DNA from: Opitutaceae bacterium
GTDB lineage: Bacteria; Verrucomicrobiota; Verrucomicrobiia; Opitutales; Coraliomargaritaceae
Length of the DNA stretch: 64,000 nucleotides
Reading direction: 5' to 3'
NCBI GenBank assembly: GCA_051252375.1
Contig: JBPOFY010000003.1
Span: 256,001-320,000, forward strand
Both the position numbers and the translations under genes were made by a program. Below are positions 47,841 to 56,253 of this stretch, one piece after another. The notes beneath the pieces are model-generated. The model ran no database searches and was not told the DNA's origin. It saw nothing but the letters and a program-made list of their open reading frames with translations. The stretch's first letter is position 1. Each line of letters starts with the position of its first letter.

Positions 47841-48992
47841 TTACCAAAGCAGTTCCACGCCTTCAGGCCACTGCTTCACATCTGTATAGTCTTTGTTGCC
47901 TATCTTGAAAGTAGAGCCTTCCGTTTCGATCTCACATTTGAGCAAACCCATATCGATCTTCTCATTATCGAACACGCTGTTGATGACGAAGGATTCTCCG
48001 CCCACCATGCGCCACATGGCGCCCCAAGTGTTGTCCACGATTTCGCAGCGGTTCAGAATGACATTTTGTGGCGCATATTGCGGGTCTTCGGTGTAATTAA
48101 ATTTATCGTAATAGGCCTCGCAGGGGAACCACATCGCAACTCTTCCGCAACCGGAAATCGTATACTTATGAAAGAAGAGATAGCCCGCTTGTTCGTGGTC
48201 GGACTGAATCCCATTGCCGACGCAATCACGGATCGTGCATCGCTGTGCCAACATGTGCTCGACAGAAGTGTATTTGCAGCCCTTGCCGAGGATCGGGAAG
48301 GAAAAGTCACAGTCGGATTGTAGAATGTATTTATTATACAGGAAGTAGACATTGTGATACAGCCCGTCGCCCGATCCATTGAACTGGAGCGTGCAGCGAT
48401 CCATAATAATGTTGTCGGTCCGCTTCATGTGTAGGCCGTGCGTTGGCCAATCGGTGACGTTGAGATTCTGAATCATGATGCGGCTATGGCGGCTTTCATT
48501 TCTACCGGACATGAAGATGCCGTTCGCTTTGTTCTTATGAATTCCTTTGATCCAGAGATCTTTGATTAACACATCAGTTACTTGAGGCTTGGGTTGCGCC
48601 TCGAATGCGGAGCCACTCATCTCGCCTGTTTGTTGCAGGATGGTGCGTTCGCGACCTTCGCCGACAATGCTGATCTTACTTTTCAAGACCAGCGTTTCAC
48701 TGATGGGATGAATGCCTGCCTGTAATCGGACGACACCTCCGCCAGCCTGACTGGCAGCATCGATAGCGGCTTGGATCGATTCGCCAGGACTGACGACGAT
48801 CACCTTGTCGAGAAACTGCTCTGGATATTGCACATGCACGAAGTTATCCTGCCATCTAGCCGCCATGATCGAGGTGACCTCGGGGTCGATGCTGACTGGA
48901 TCCAACTGGGCTGAAAATTCAGCCTCAGCTGATGCATGGACAGCAAACACTGCGATGAGCGAGAGCGCTACGGAGAAGAGTCTACGAGTCAT
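47841..48992 (-). CDS. Secreted pectin-lyase-fold beta-helix protein (family Y)
   Basis: SIQAAIDAASQAGGGVVRL...GEGRERT (Pectate_lyase_3-like N-terminus); YHNVYF. Confidence 0.8.
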   Translation of the reverse strand: MTRRLFSVALSLIAVFAVHASAEAEFSAQLDPVSIDPEVTSIMAARWQDNFVHVQYPEQFLDKVIVVSPGESIQAAIDAASQAGGGVVRLQAGIHPISETLVLKSKISIVGEGRERTILQQTGEMSGSAFEAQPKPQVTDVLIKDLWIKGIHKNKANGIFMSGRNESRHSRIMIQNLNVTDWPTHGLHMKRTDNIIMDRCTLQFNGSGDGLYHNVYFLYNKYILQSDCDFSFPILGKGCKYTSVEHMLAQRCTIRDCVGNGIQSDHEQAGYLFFHKYTISGCGRVAMWFPCEAYYDKFNYTEDPQYAPQNVILNRCEIVDNTWGAMWRMVGGESFVINSVFDNEKIDMGLLKCEIETEGSTFKIGNKDYTDVKQWPEGVELLW

Positions 48993-49196
48993 GGGGTATT
49001 ATATGGGTTCGCCAATCAATGCTTGGCTTATGTGGAGGACTAGCAACCCAGCCAGTGAGTTTTGGATTAGTGGTGGTTTTCGAAATCCGGACGGCGAAAC
49101 TGGGGTTGACCAGTTCCGTCTGGATATGGATTCCAGAGTGCCTGTGGCTCCGAATCCCGCAAGTGCGTTCTCTTCCCTTGAATCCGTTTCTTTATT

Positions 49197-49302
49197 CACA
49201 ACCGCTTCGCTAGAGAGCCCTACGGGCGAGTAATGGGGAGGTGAATGTTGCGGTGGCATATTTTATTCTCCCAACGCTCCCGCCTCTAGCGAAGCGGTTG
49301 TG
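49197..49302. repeat. Inverted-repeat element, family C
   Basis: Perfect 19-bp inverted repeat CACAACCGCTTCGCTAGAG (49197-49215) / CTCTAGCGAAGCGGTTGTG (49284-49302). Confidence 0.8.
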
Positions 49303-49338
49303 GAAATTCATTTCCCTGCTCGAATGTAAACTCAAGAA

Positions 49339-50283
49339 CTACTGATTATTTAAGTGAGAGAGAATGAAGCTTGTGGCGGCTTCGTTGATCTCTTCTATGC
49401 TTGGTGAAATATTCTTCCCGCCAAAACTATGCGTCGCATTTTTAACGCTGAGCAGCTCCACGTCGGCTCCTTTTTCTTTGGCAACTTTCATCATAAACAG
49501 GGAGTTCTTAATGTCTAGCGTGGGGTCCTTCTCGCCGTGTAGGAGTAAAATCGGCGGTGTGTCTTTTGAGAGATACTCTATTGGGCTGAGCAGGCGGGCC
49601 ATTTCTGGCTTTTCGGTAAAGAGACCATCCAGCACATGGCGTAGCGCTTCAGGATCTTCAAATCTAGATCCCTCTAGGACGTCGGGGTTTAGCAGCGTTG
49701 TCAGCGGGTAGTAGGAAGCTACGCATTTGAAATCCGGTTGGATATCTTTTAGCGATTCTTCCCCGATGAAGTCGCTGTTTTTTCCAAGAGCGGTCATCAA
49801 ACTCAAGTGTCCGCCGGCCGAACCGCCCCACACGCCATAGCGCTCGGTATCCAGATTGTATTTGTCCGCGTTCTTCAACAGGAAGCGTGCGGCATCCTTA
49901 CTGTCGACGACACTATCGTAGGCAGTCACGCCGTTTTTTGTTAAGCGATATTCAATTGAAAAACAGGCCACGCCGCTCTCGGTCAATTGCTGTAGAGTTT
50001 GGTTAAAGGACGACTTTAGAACCACATACTTATTACCGCCTCGCCAGCCGCCGCCATGCACGTGGAGCATCCATGGGACCTTATCGCCGGGCTTCACATT
50101 CTTCGGCTCGAAGTAGATCATATCGAGGGTCCTGCCGTTGACCGTTTTGTAGACGATGCCATCTTCGTAGTCGAAGGCATCGAGCTTTTCCTGTTCGTCT
50201 GCCTTCTGGCCAAAGGTTGAGGTTAGGGCTCCGCAGAGCAGGGCGGCGAGCCCGCAGATAGTTAGTTTCTTTTTCATGAACAT
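49339..50283 (-). CDS. Secreted alpha/beta-hydrolase esterase (BD-FAE/HSL-like)
   Basis: HGGGW, GGSAGGH, HGEKD, ATHSF. Confidence 0.92.
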   Translation of the reverse strand: MFMKKKLTICGLAALLCGALTSTFGQKADEQEKLDAFDYEDGIVYKTVNGRTLDMIYFEPKNVKPGDKVPWMLHVHGGGWRGGNKYVVLKSSFNQTLQQLTESGVACFSIEYRLTKNGVTAYDSVVDSKDAARFLLKNADKYNLDTERYGVWGGSAGGHLSLMTALGKNSDFIGEESLKDIQPDFKCVASYYPLTTLLNPDVLEGSRFEDPEALRHVLDGLFTEKPEMARLLSPIEYLSKDTPPILLLHGEKDPTLDIKNSLFMMKVAKEKGADVELLSVKNATHSFGGKNISPSIEEINEAATSFILSHLNNQ

Positions 50284-50292
50284 GTTGAGCCC

Positions 50293-51168
50293 TTAGTTTT
50301 GTTCACTTTTTGAATTTAGACGATGGATCTTTAGATTTTTATGTTGGTGGTGGCTGCCGACCAAACGAAAGCCGAAGTAGCCTTCGTTGTAAGCAGGGTA
50401 TTTATCCAAGTTGTAGATTTCCTCGTGCTTCTGGCGTCTGTTATTCTTGTCGCGAGTTTCGACAGTAATGGTGTCGTCTTCTTTGATTTCATAGACGACT
50501 TGACCGTCCTTAATGTATTGGACCATGCCATTGAACGCGACGAGTTGAATGGTGTGCCACTTGCCGGGGTCGATGAGAAACTCAGGCTTCTTGTCGTTTG
50601 AATTCAATGCGATGTGAGGGATGTCCTTGCCGTTCTCCCAGCGCGGGTAACGCCGCATACGAGTCGTGCTATTTTTGCCGCCACCGGTGCTCGCATAATA
50701 GCCGTGCAATTCATGGTAACCGAGGAAGCCGCCATGATAGTGCGTATCGGTCGTTTTCAGGAGGGCATCAAACTCCCGTGGATCGGAGCAGTTCCAGAAG
50801 TTGTTGATGTCGGTCACCAGAATGCCGTCGTCATCTTTGGTTTCGACGGGGCAACGAACTTGATAGGTGATTGTGATCGGACCGCTGAACTTTTTGTTCA
50901 GCCATGCGGTGCAACCGCGCTTTGGCATATAGAGATCCAGCATACCGTCTTTAAATGCGACGCGCTCTCGATACTCGGTATTATCTGTCGAGACTTGGAC
51001 GACCCAGTTTTCCGGATCGCTGAAGTCGGTGGCGTAGAGCTCTTGGCCGATGGTGAAGGCTTCCTTGCCGTAGCCGAGGACTTGTGGTTTGATATCTGCC
51101 TGAGCCGTGATGACCGAGAATAGGGCGAGGAGCGAAATGGTTAATGTTTTCATGGGATTGAGTGTCAT
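50293..51168 (-). CDS. DUF6250/YesU-like beta-sandwich protein
   Basis: CTAWLNKKFSGPITITY, DINNFW, YYASTGG.KNSTTRMRRY, EGYFGFR; start may be 51153. Confidence 0.75.
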   Translation of the reverse strand: MTLNPMKTLTISLLALFSVITAQADIKPQVLGYGKEAFTIGQELYATDFSDPENWVVQVSTDNTEYRERVAFKDGMLDLYMPKRGCTAWLNKKFSGPITITYQVRCPVETKDDDGILVTDINNFWNCSDPREFDALLKTTDTHYHGGFLGYHELHGYYASTGGGKNSTTRMRRYPRWENGKDIPHIALNSNDKKPEFLIDPGKWHTIQLVAFNGMVQYIKDGQVVYEIKEDDTITVETRDKNNRRQKHEEIYNLDKYPAYNEGYFGFRLVGSHHQHKNLKIHRLNSKSEQN

Positions 51169-51174
51169 GTGATG

Positions 51175-52746
51175 TTACTTTAGGGATTCAAAATCTATAG
51201 CAGAGATACGATTGTCAGAACCAGTGTCCTCGATTGGTCCGCAAGACACACCAACGATACCTGAAGTTTTATCACCAAGGATCATTGGATACCCTGTGTA
51301 ATTGTTGATCGTCATGTTCGTTGCTGGGTAATCATCAACCTTCGTGATGGATGAAATAATTCTCCGATCTCCCCCAACATTGATTATCAATTCTTGTTCA
51401 AAGTTGGTCGCAGTCGTTCTAAAGGTCAGATTGTGGTTTTTCCCAGTAATGTAGGCGACGTGCTTGCTGCCATTATGGTTCCCACGGCTTGGATCGCCGT
51501 GCGGTAGTATAGTGATATCGGCATTGACGCCCGAATCGCGCTCGTAATCGACACCAAACGCTGGCCCGTGCTGCACATCCGCACTGCAGTTGACGATATC
51601 ACCCGAGCCAATGGCATAGCCTCTTTCGGTTCCAATCGCTTCACAACCTTCCACATATTTTTTACCAGTCGCATGCGTTAATGTGACGCCGACTCGCATG
51701 TCCTTGATTCTGCAATTCAATATCGTGACATCATTCGTGCCTCTGCTATACTCGACACCATCAATAATGGTTTCGCCTGCATTGTAAGCACGGATACCAG
51801 CTTCGCCCGTGCTTTTTGTATAGCCCTTAGGCAGGCGGTAGCCCCAAACCGTTTTGAAATTAATCAAATCGACGGGTGATCCAGTTCCTTCCTCAAGCAG
51901 CATATCGTCGGTGGTTCTTACTTCTCCCTCTACATAGCAATCCTCGATCGTCGGGTGGTTGGCAGCTTGCATGAAAATACCATGGCCATAGGATCGGTGA
52001 ATAAGTGTGCAGCCTTTAATGTGATTATAATCACCGCGTATTAATAGCGCACTATGTTTACGGTGTTTAATGACTGTGTTACCGCCTTTTCCAAAGGCAT
52101 CTCCATAGCCATAAGGATAGGAGCCCTTGATTGTCATATGAAAGCCTTCAATCCTATTGTGTGATCCATCCATGACAACATTAGTGCCTCGATCGTTCGG
52201 TGCGTCATGCACTGTCCCAACATCAATCATGATTAGATTTTTCAATACATTATTATTACCAATGATTTGGAGCTCAATGAAGCGGCGAATGCCTGCTGCT
52301 CGAAATGCCGCGGTTTCAATATTAAGCGTTACACCGGTAAAATCATAAGTGCTGTTATTGCCAGAGAAGAGCAGGAACACCCGGTTCACGCGGCCTAAAA
52401 TGTCCGTCTCATCAGTATATAATCCATTGTTAACATCCTCCTCAGTAATGGTGTAAGTTCCCGGTGCCAATCTTACATGCACATTATCGTCATCAAGATA
52501 CGGTTTCAGCGCACTCAAGGAATTCACTGTTACTTCATGCGGAGAATCGTCGACCAAATCGTGTGTTGATCCAATTTTCACTGTTTGAGCAGCCAAAAAA
52601 CCGCCTGCCAAACCGTGTATGGATCCAATCAATACCAGTAGTATGATCGACCTCGATATCATTCGAGGTGATTCTATTATGGCTGCACGTGGTGGTGTTA
52701 TAGTATGCAGCTTTTGACTGATTTGAGATACAATGTTATTTAGCAT
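51175..52746 (-). CDS. Right-handed beta-helix protein (family X), lower GC than neighbours
   Basis: LAPGTY, GSYPYGYGDAFGKG, YGHGIFMQ, GEAGIRAY; true start may be 52662. Confidence 0.8.
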   Translation of the reverse strand: MLNNIVSQISQKLHTITPPRAAIIESPRMISRSIILLVLIGSIHGLAGGFLAAQTVKIGSTHDLVDDSPHEVTVNSLSALKPYLDDDNVHVRLAPGTYTITEEDVNNGLYTDETDILGRVNRVFLLFSGNNSTYDFTGVTLNIETAAFRAAGIRRFIELQIIGNNNVLKNLIMIDVGTVHDAPNDRGTNVVMDGSHNRIEGFHMTIKGSYPYGYGDAFGKGGNTVIKHRKHSALLIRGDYNHIKGCTLIHRSYGHGIFMQAANHPTIEDCYVEGEVRTTDDMLLEEGTGSPVDLINFKTVWGYRLPKGYTKSTGEAGIRAYNAGETIIDGVEYSRGTNDVTILNCRIKDMRVGVTLTHATGKKYVEGCEAIGTERGYAIGSGDIVNCSADVQHGPAFGVDYERDSGVNADITILPHGDPSRGNHNGSKHVAYITGKNHNLTFRTTATNFEQELIINVGGDRRIISSITKVDDYPATNMTINNYTGYPMILGDKTSGIVGVSCGPIEDTGSDNRISAIDFESLK

Positions 52747-52756
52747 TTTTTAGATC

Positions 52757-55700
52757 TTAGAAGGTTGCCTCTTCACGAAGAAGTTCGCCGTTCAATGTTT
52801 CGCGGACGGTGACTTTGACATCACCCGAATCCAAGCCTTCGATCTGGATGCCTTGAATGCGACCGTCGGTGAGTTCAACGATCAGCTTGTCAGCGCTCGG
52901 AGCAGTGACGGACTTGATCATAGAATTGTTCTCATACAACTCTACGACAGAGAGGAAACGAGCCTCTGTGCCATGGCTGCGGACGGCCATCGATTTGAGC
53001 CGCTGTGTTTCGTCGCCCAGTGGGAAGTCGCCGCCGATCTTGGCTTTAAATGCGACAGCGTTCAGACCAGAGAGATCGACGGTGATAACGCCGGCTTCTT
53101 TGTCATTCTTCGGCATGCCGGGTGTGGAGTCGGCCATCGGAGCACCGCCGATTTTAATGGGGCCGTCATAGTAATCGAGACCTGCTGTTTTGGGCATCAC
53201 GATGTTGTCATATTTCAGTGGAAGGGTGGAGAGCAGCACCTCAGAGCCGTCTTTTAATGCGAGGCGAGCGTTGCCCCAGAAGATGGTGTTGTTCTTATTG
53301 TTATTCACTTGAGTGGTCAGCACGAGCTGCTGTTTACCCGACACATCGAGTTCAATCTCTTGCGCGCCTAGTATCCATGCACCTGTGCGATCCTCCAACA
53401 GCGTGTCGCCATCGGCTGAGACCGAATAGTGTAGCTGCTTATTAACGCCATGGCTTTCAGGCGAGGTCCCGATGATGAACTCAGCGCTTTGGGGCCAGGC
53501 ATTGAATACATCGATTTTTAATGCTCCATCGGTGCTGTGTGGTAGGCGTAGGCCGCTGTTGTCGGCACCTTCGCCCCAGAGTGTTTGGAAGCTAGCGCGG
53601 CTGGTGCCTTCGACTGAATACCAATCGCAGTCGACAATGAATTGCGCACTGCCGAGTGGGTCGGTGTTGAATTGGTTTGTGTGACGTAGGTGCTCAACTT
53701 TGTCAGCGGTCACACCTTTGAAACCTTTGGAGTGAAACATCCAGTCGAATTGGACTTCCTGCTCACTTTGTAGATAGTCGGCCATCATAATATAGTCATC
53801 CATGACGATCATGAGGCGTCGCTGAGTGACTGGCTTCGTGAACTCGGTGCAGGCGCCGTATTCGGGTGCATTCTCTGGGATTGGAATACTGCGGCCTTCT
53901 TCCCACACTCGCTCGGCAAAGGTTTGTTCCTCGTCGTAGTGAATGCCGCCGTAGGGTGGATAGCTCCAGCGCGAAACGGTTTCGACCACGCTGGCCTGCA
54001 TCATTTCTCCGGAGTGGAAGAGTGTGCGATAGTTCTCGACGGGCTCCTGTTGTTTTTCATCAACCACGACCATGTTCTTGTTGGTCGAGGTTTGCTTGAG
54101 GAACTTATAGAGATAACTGCCGTAGCCATACCAATACATCAAGGTGCCGTAAGGGCTACGTCCATAGCGCATCATGCTCACGAGATTAGTGCGGTCGAAG
54201 TGGCCGTGATAACCGCCGTGTGAGCCGTAGTGCATGGTCGCTTGGATCTGTTCGCTTTGTGGGCGATCCTTCGTCTGAGAGCGCAGTTGCACGATCCCCA
54301 TGTTGTCGGCGTAGGCGGATTGTTTCATCTTCTCAGAGCTGACTTCTGGCAGGTCGGGCACTCCGTAGAGTAGGTCGCGGCCCTTGCCTCGTTGGATGAT
54401 GGCGGCGTATTCGGGATCCCGATACACGTAGTAGGCTAACTCGTAGGGTTTGCCAGAGACCTTGCCGTCGACTGCGTCGTTGATGGCAGGGAGCACGCCG
54501 CGGTAATCGAGGAAGGGCACCGCAGCATCCCACATGTCTTTAATCTTAACGCTATTGCGTTCCAAACTGCCCCATTTTTCAAACTGCATGCCGTATTGAC
54601 CGCCGACTCTGCGGCTCGCTAGCAGCGAGAAGTGCTTGGTAGTGCCCAAGGGGAATTCTCGATCCTTAAAGTTGATACCCCAAGGCTCCAGCGCGAGTGC
54701 GATTTCAGAGAATTCGGTCGCGACCCAAGTGTTATAACCGACAGCACATTCATACCACCAGCCATCGCTCATGATCCCATGCTCCAAATGCGCGTAGATA
54801 CCAGTGGGGGAATTCAATAGCTGATCGATCAGATGCCAGTCTTGAATATTCATGGCGCAGTAAAAAGCTGCAGTGATTTCGGCCACGTTCCAGTTGCTGA
54901 TCGCGCCGCGGGTGTTGCCTTGAATGGTGCGCTCTGCGAAGAGTCTGAAAGTGTGTTCGGCCAGTGCTCGGTCTTCGTCGGTGAGCAGTTCACTGTCACG
55001 AACCAGATCGTAAGCACGGGCGAAGGATTGCCAGAACTTGCCTTCGCCAACGAAAGAGTTGCCACCGCCGACGAGTGTCGCGGGGTAGCCTGTCTCCATG
55101 TTCACTAGGGGGCGAATGACTTGCAGGATTTTCTTAGCGTATTCCTCATTGCCTGTTAACTGATACGCAATCGCGACTTCGAGAATGTCTCTGCCGTCGG
55201 TGTTGTAAATCGATTTGCCCAAGTTTTCGGCACCGTCAGCAGGATTAATTTTTGTTGGTTTTGGGGCCTTCCACTTGTCTGCGTCTCTTTCGTATTTTTT
55301 GAGACCGTCTTTGGCCCAGTCATATTGATCGACCTTGGCGCGCACGCTGTCCCAACCTTTGGAGGTGAACATGATGTTTGGCGTCGGCACGCGAACCGCA
55401 GTAATAAACTCAAGCGAGGCTAGGGCGGCACCATCGCCATTGGAGATTGCTTTGACCTTCTGCGTTTCTCGGATGCCTTGTGGTAGTTTCGCGGGGATGG
55501 GCACGGTCAAGGTGCAGGTCGCGGTTTCACCGGGCGCAAGTTTTAGAGAAGCTGGCTCAATGGAACCGTGCATGGACTCCCAGCCCATGGTCTCGATGCG
55601 TAGGCTGACGGATTGCGGCTGATTGGTCGTGTTGCCGACTTCGAACTCATAGCTGACGGTGGTGCCAGCGTCGGCAGACTTGCCTTGAACCGTAGCACTC

Positions 55701-56242
55701 AGGCCAATCGTGCGGCCGCGTTTGACGGCAACATTACGTATTTGGTAGCTCGAGTTCGTCACTGAATTGAATATCAACTCCACATGCTTGATCGCGAAGA
55801 GGGTGCCCCATTTTTGACCGGCATCGATGTTGAACATTTCCCAAGGAATATAGACTTCTTTCCAGCCCTGTCCGCTGAGACTGACCTTGGCGGTGCTGAC
55901 GGGATTACATTCGTCGTAGTCTTTGGGGTCTACTTTTAATACGGCAGTGATGTCGGTGTCGGATTCGTTTTCAAGATACACCTCGAAGGCTAGGCCGGTG
56001 TAGTCCGTCCAGTCAGCAGCATCGCCATAGTAGTTGCGCAAGATGCCTGGGTAGTAGATCCGGTTTTGATCCGAATACGTGTAGCTTGCCGTTTTGCCGT
56101 TTTCGAGGAGGGCAGTGCCGTCGTCGGCCTTGGAGACACCGCTCCAGTCTGAGAGGTCTGTGCTGCCAATATGAGAGTGGAAATTGCCAAAGGCCAGCAA
56201 GGGTATGGCCAGCATCAAGAGTGTGGAGACGGTTTTCTTCAT
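52757..56242 (-). CDS. Large heparinase II/III-/oligoalginate-lyase-like protein, paralog 1
   Basis: Signal peptide; N-terminal beta-sandwich and Ig-like domains; ISNWN, SDGWWYECAVGYN, YGSHGGYHGHFDR, KNMVVVD. Confidence 0.75.
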   Translation of the reverse strand: MKKTVSTLLMLAIPLLAFGNFHSHIGSTDLSDWSGVSKADDGTALLENGKTASYTYSDQNRIYYPGILRNYYGDAADWTDYTGLAFEVYLENESDTDITAVLKVDPKDYDECNPVSTAKVSLSGQGWKEVYIPWEMFNIDAGQKWGTLFAIKHVELIFNSVTNSSYQIRNVAVKRGRTIGLSATVQGKSADAGTTVSYEFEVGNTTNQPQSVSLRIETMGWESMHGSIEPASLKLAPGETATCTLTVPIPAKLPQGIRETQKVKAISNGDGAALASLEFITAVRVPTPNIMFTSKGWDSVRAKVDQYDWAKDGLKKYERDADKWKAPKPTKINPADGAENLGKSIYNTDGRDILEVAIAYQLTGNEEYAKKILQVIRPLVNMETGYPATLVGGGNSFVGEGKFWQSFARAYDLVRDSELLTDEDRALAEHTFRLFAERTIQGNTRGAISNWNVAEITAAFYCAMNIQDWHLIDQLLNSPTGIYAHLEHGIMSDGWWYECAVGYNTWVATEFSEIALALEPWGINFKDREFPLGTTKHFSLLASRRVGGQYGMQFEKWGSLERNSVKIKDMWDAAVPFLDYRGVLPAINDAVDGKVSGKPYELAYYVYRDPEYAAIIQRGKGRDLLYGVPDLPEVSSEKMKQSAYADNMGIVQLRSQTKDRPQSEQIQATMHYGSHGGYHGHFDRTNLVSMMRYGRSPYGTLMYWYGYGSYLYKFLKQTSTNKNMVVVDEKQQEPVENYRTLFHSGEMMQASVVETVSRWSYPPYGGIHYDEEQTFAERVWEEGRSIPIPENAPEYGACTEFTKPVTQRRLMIVMDDYIMMADYLQSEQEVQFDWMFHSKGFKGVTADKVEHLRHTNQFNTDPLGSAQFIVDCDWYSVEGTSRASFQTLWGEGADNSGLRLPHSTDGALKIDVFNAWPQSAEFIIGTSPESHGVNKQLHYSVSADGDTLLEDRTGAWILGAQEIELDVSGKQQLVLTTQVNNNKNNTIFWGNARLALKDGSEVLLSTLPLKYDNIVMPKTAGLDYYDGPIKIGGAPMADSTPGMPKNDKEAGVITVDLSGLNAVAFKAKIGGDFPLGDETQRLKSMAVRSHGTEARFLSVVELYENNSMIKSVTAPSADKLIVELTDGRIQGIQIEGLDSGDVKVTVRETLNGELLREEATF

Positions 56243-56253
56243 TATGTGTAAAC

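Noticed and set aside
48999..49259. 86-aa minus-strand ORF in the intergenic gap
   Set aside because: Overlaps an inverted-repeat element and hairpins; no recognisable motifs or signal peptide. Not fully excluded.
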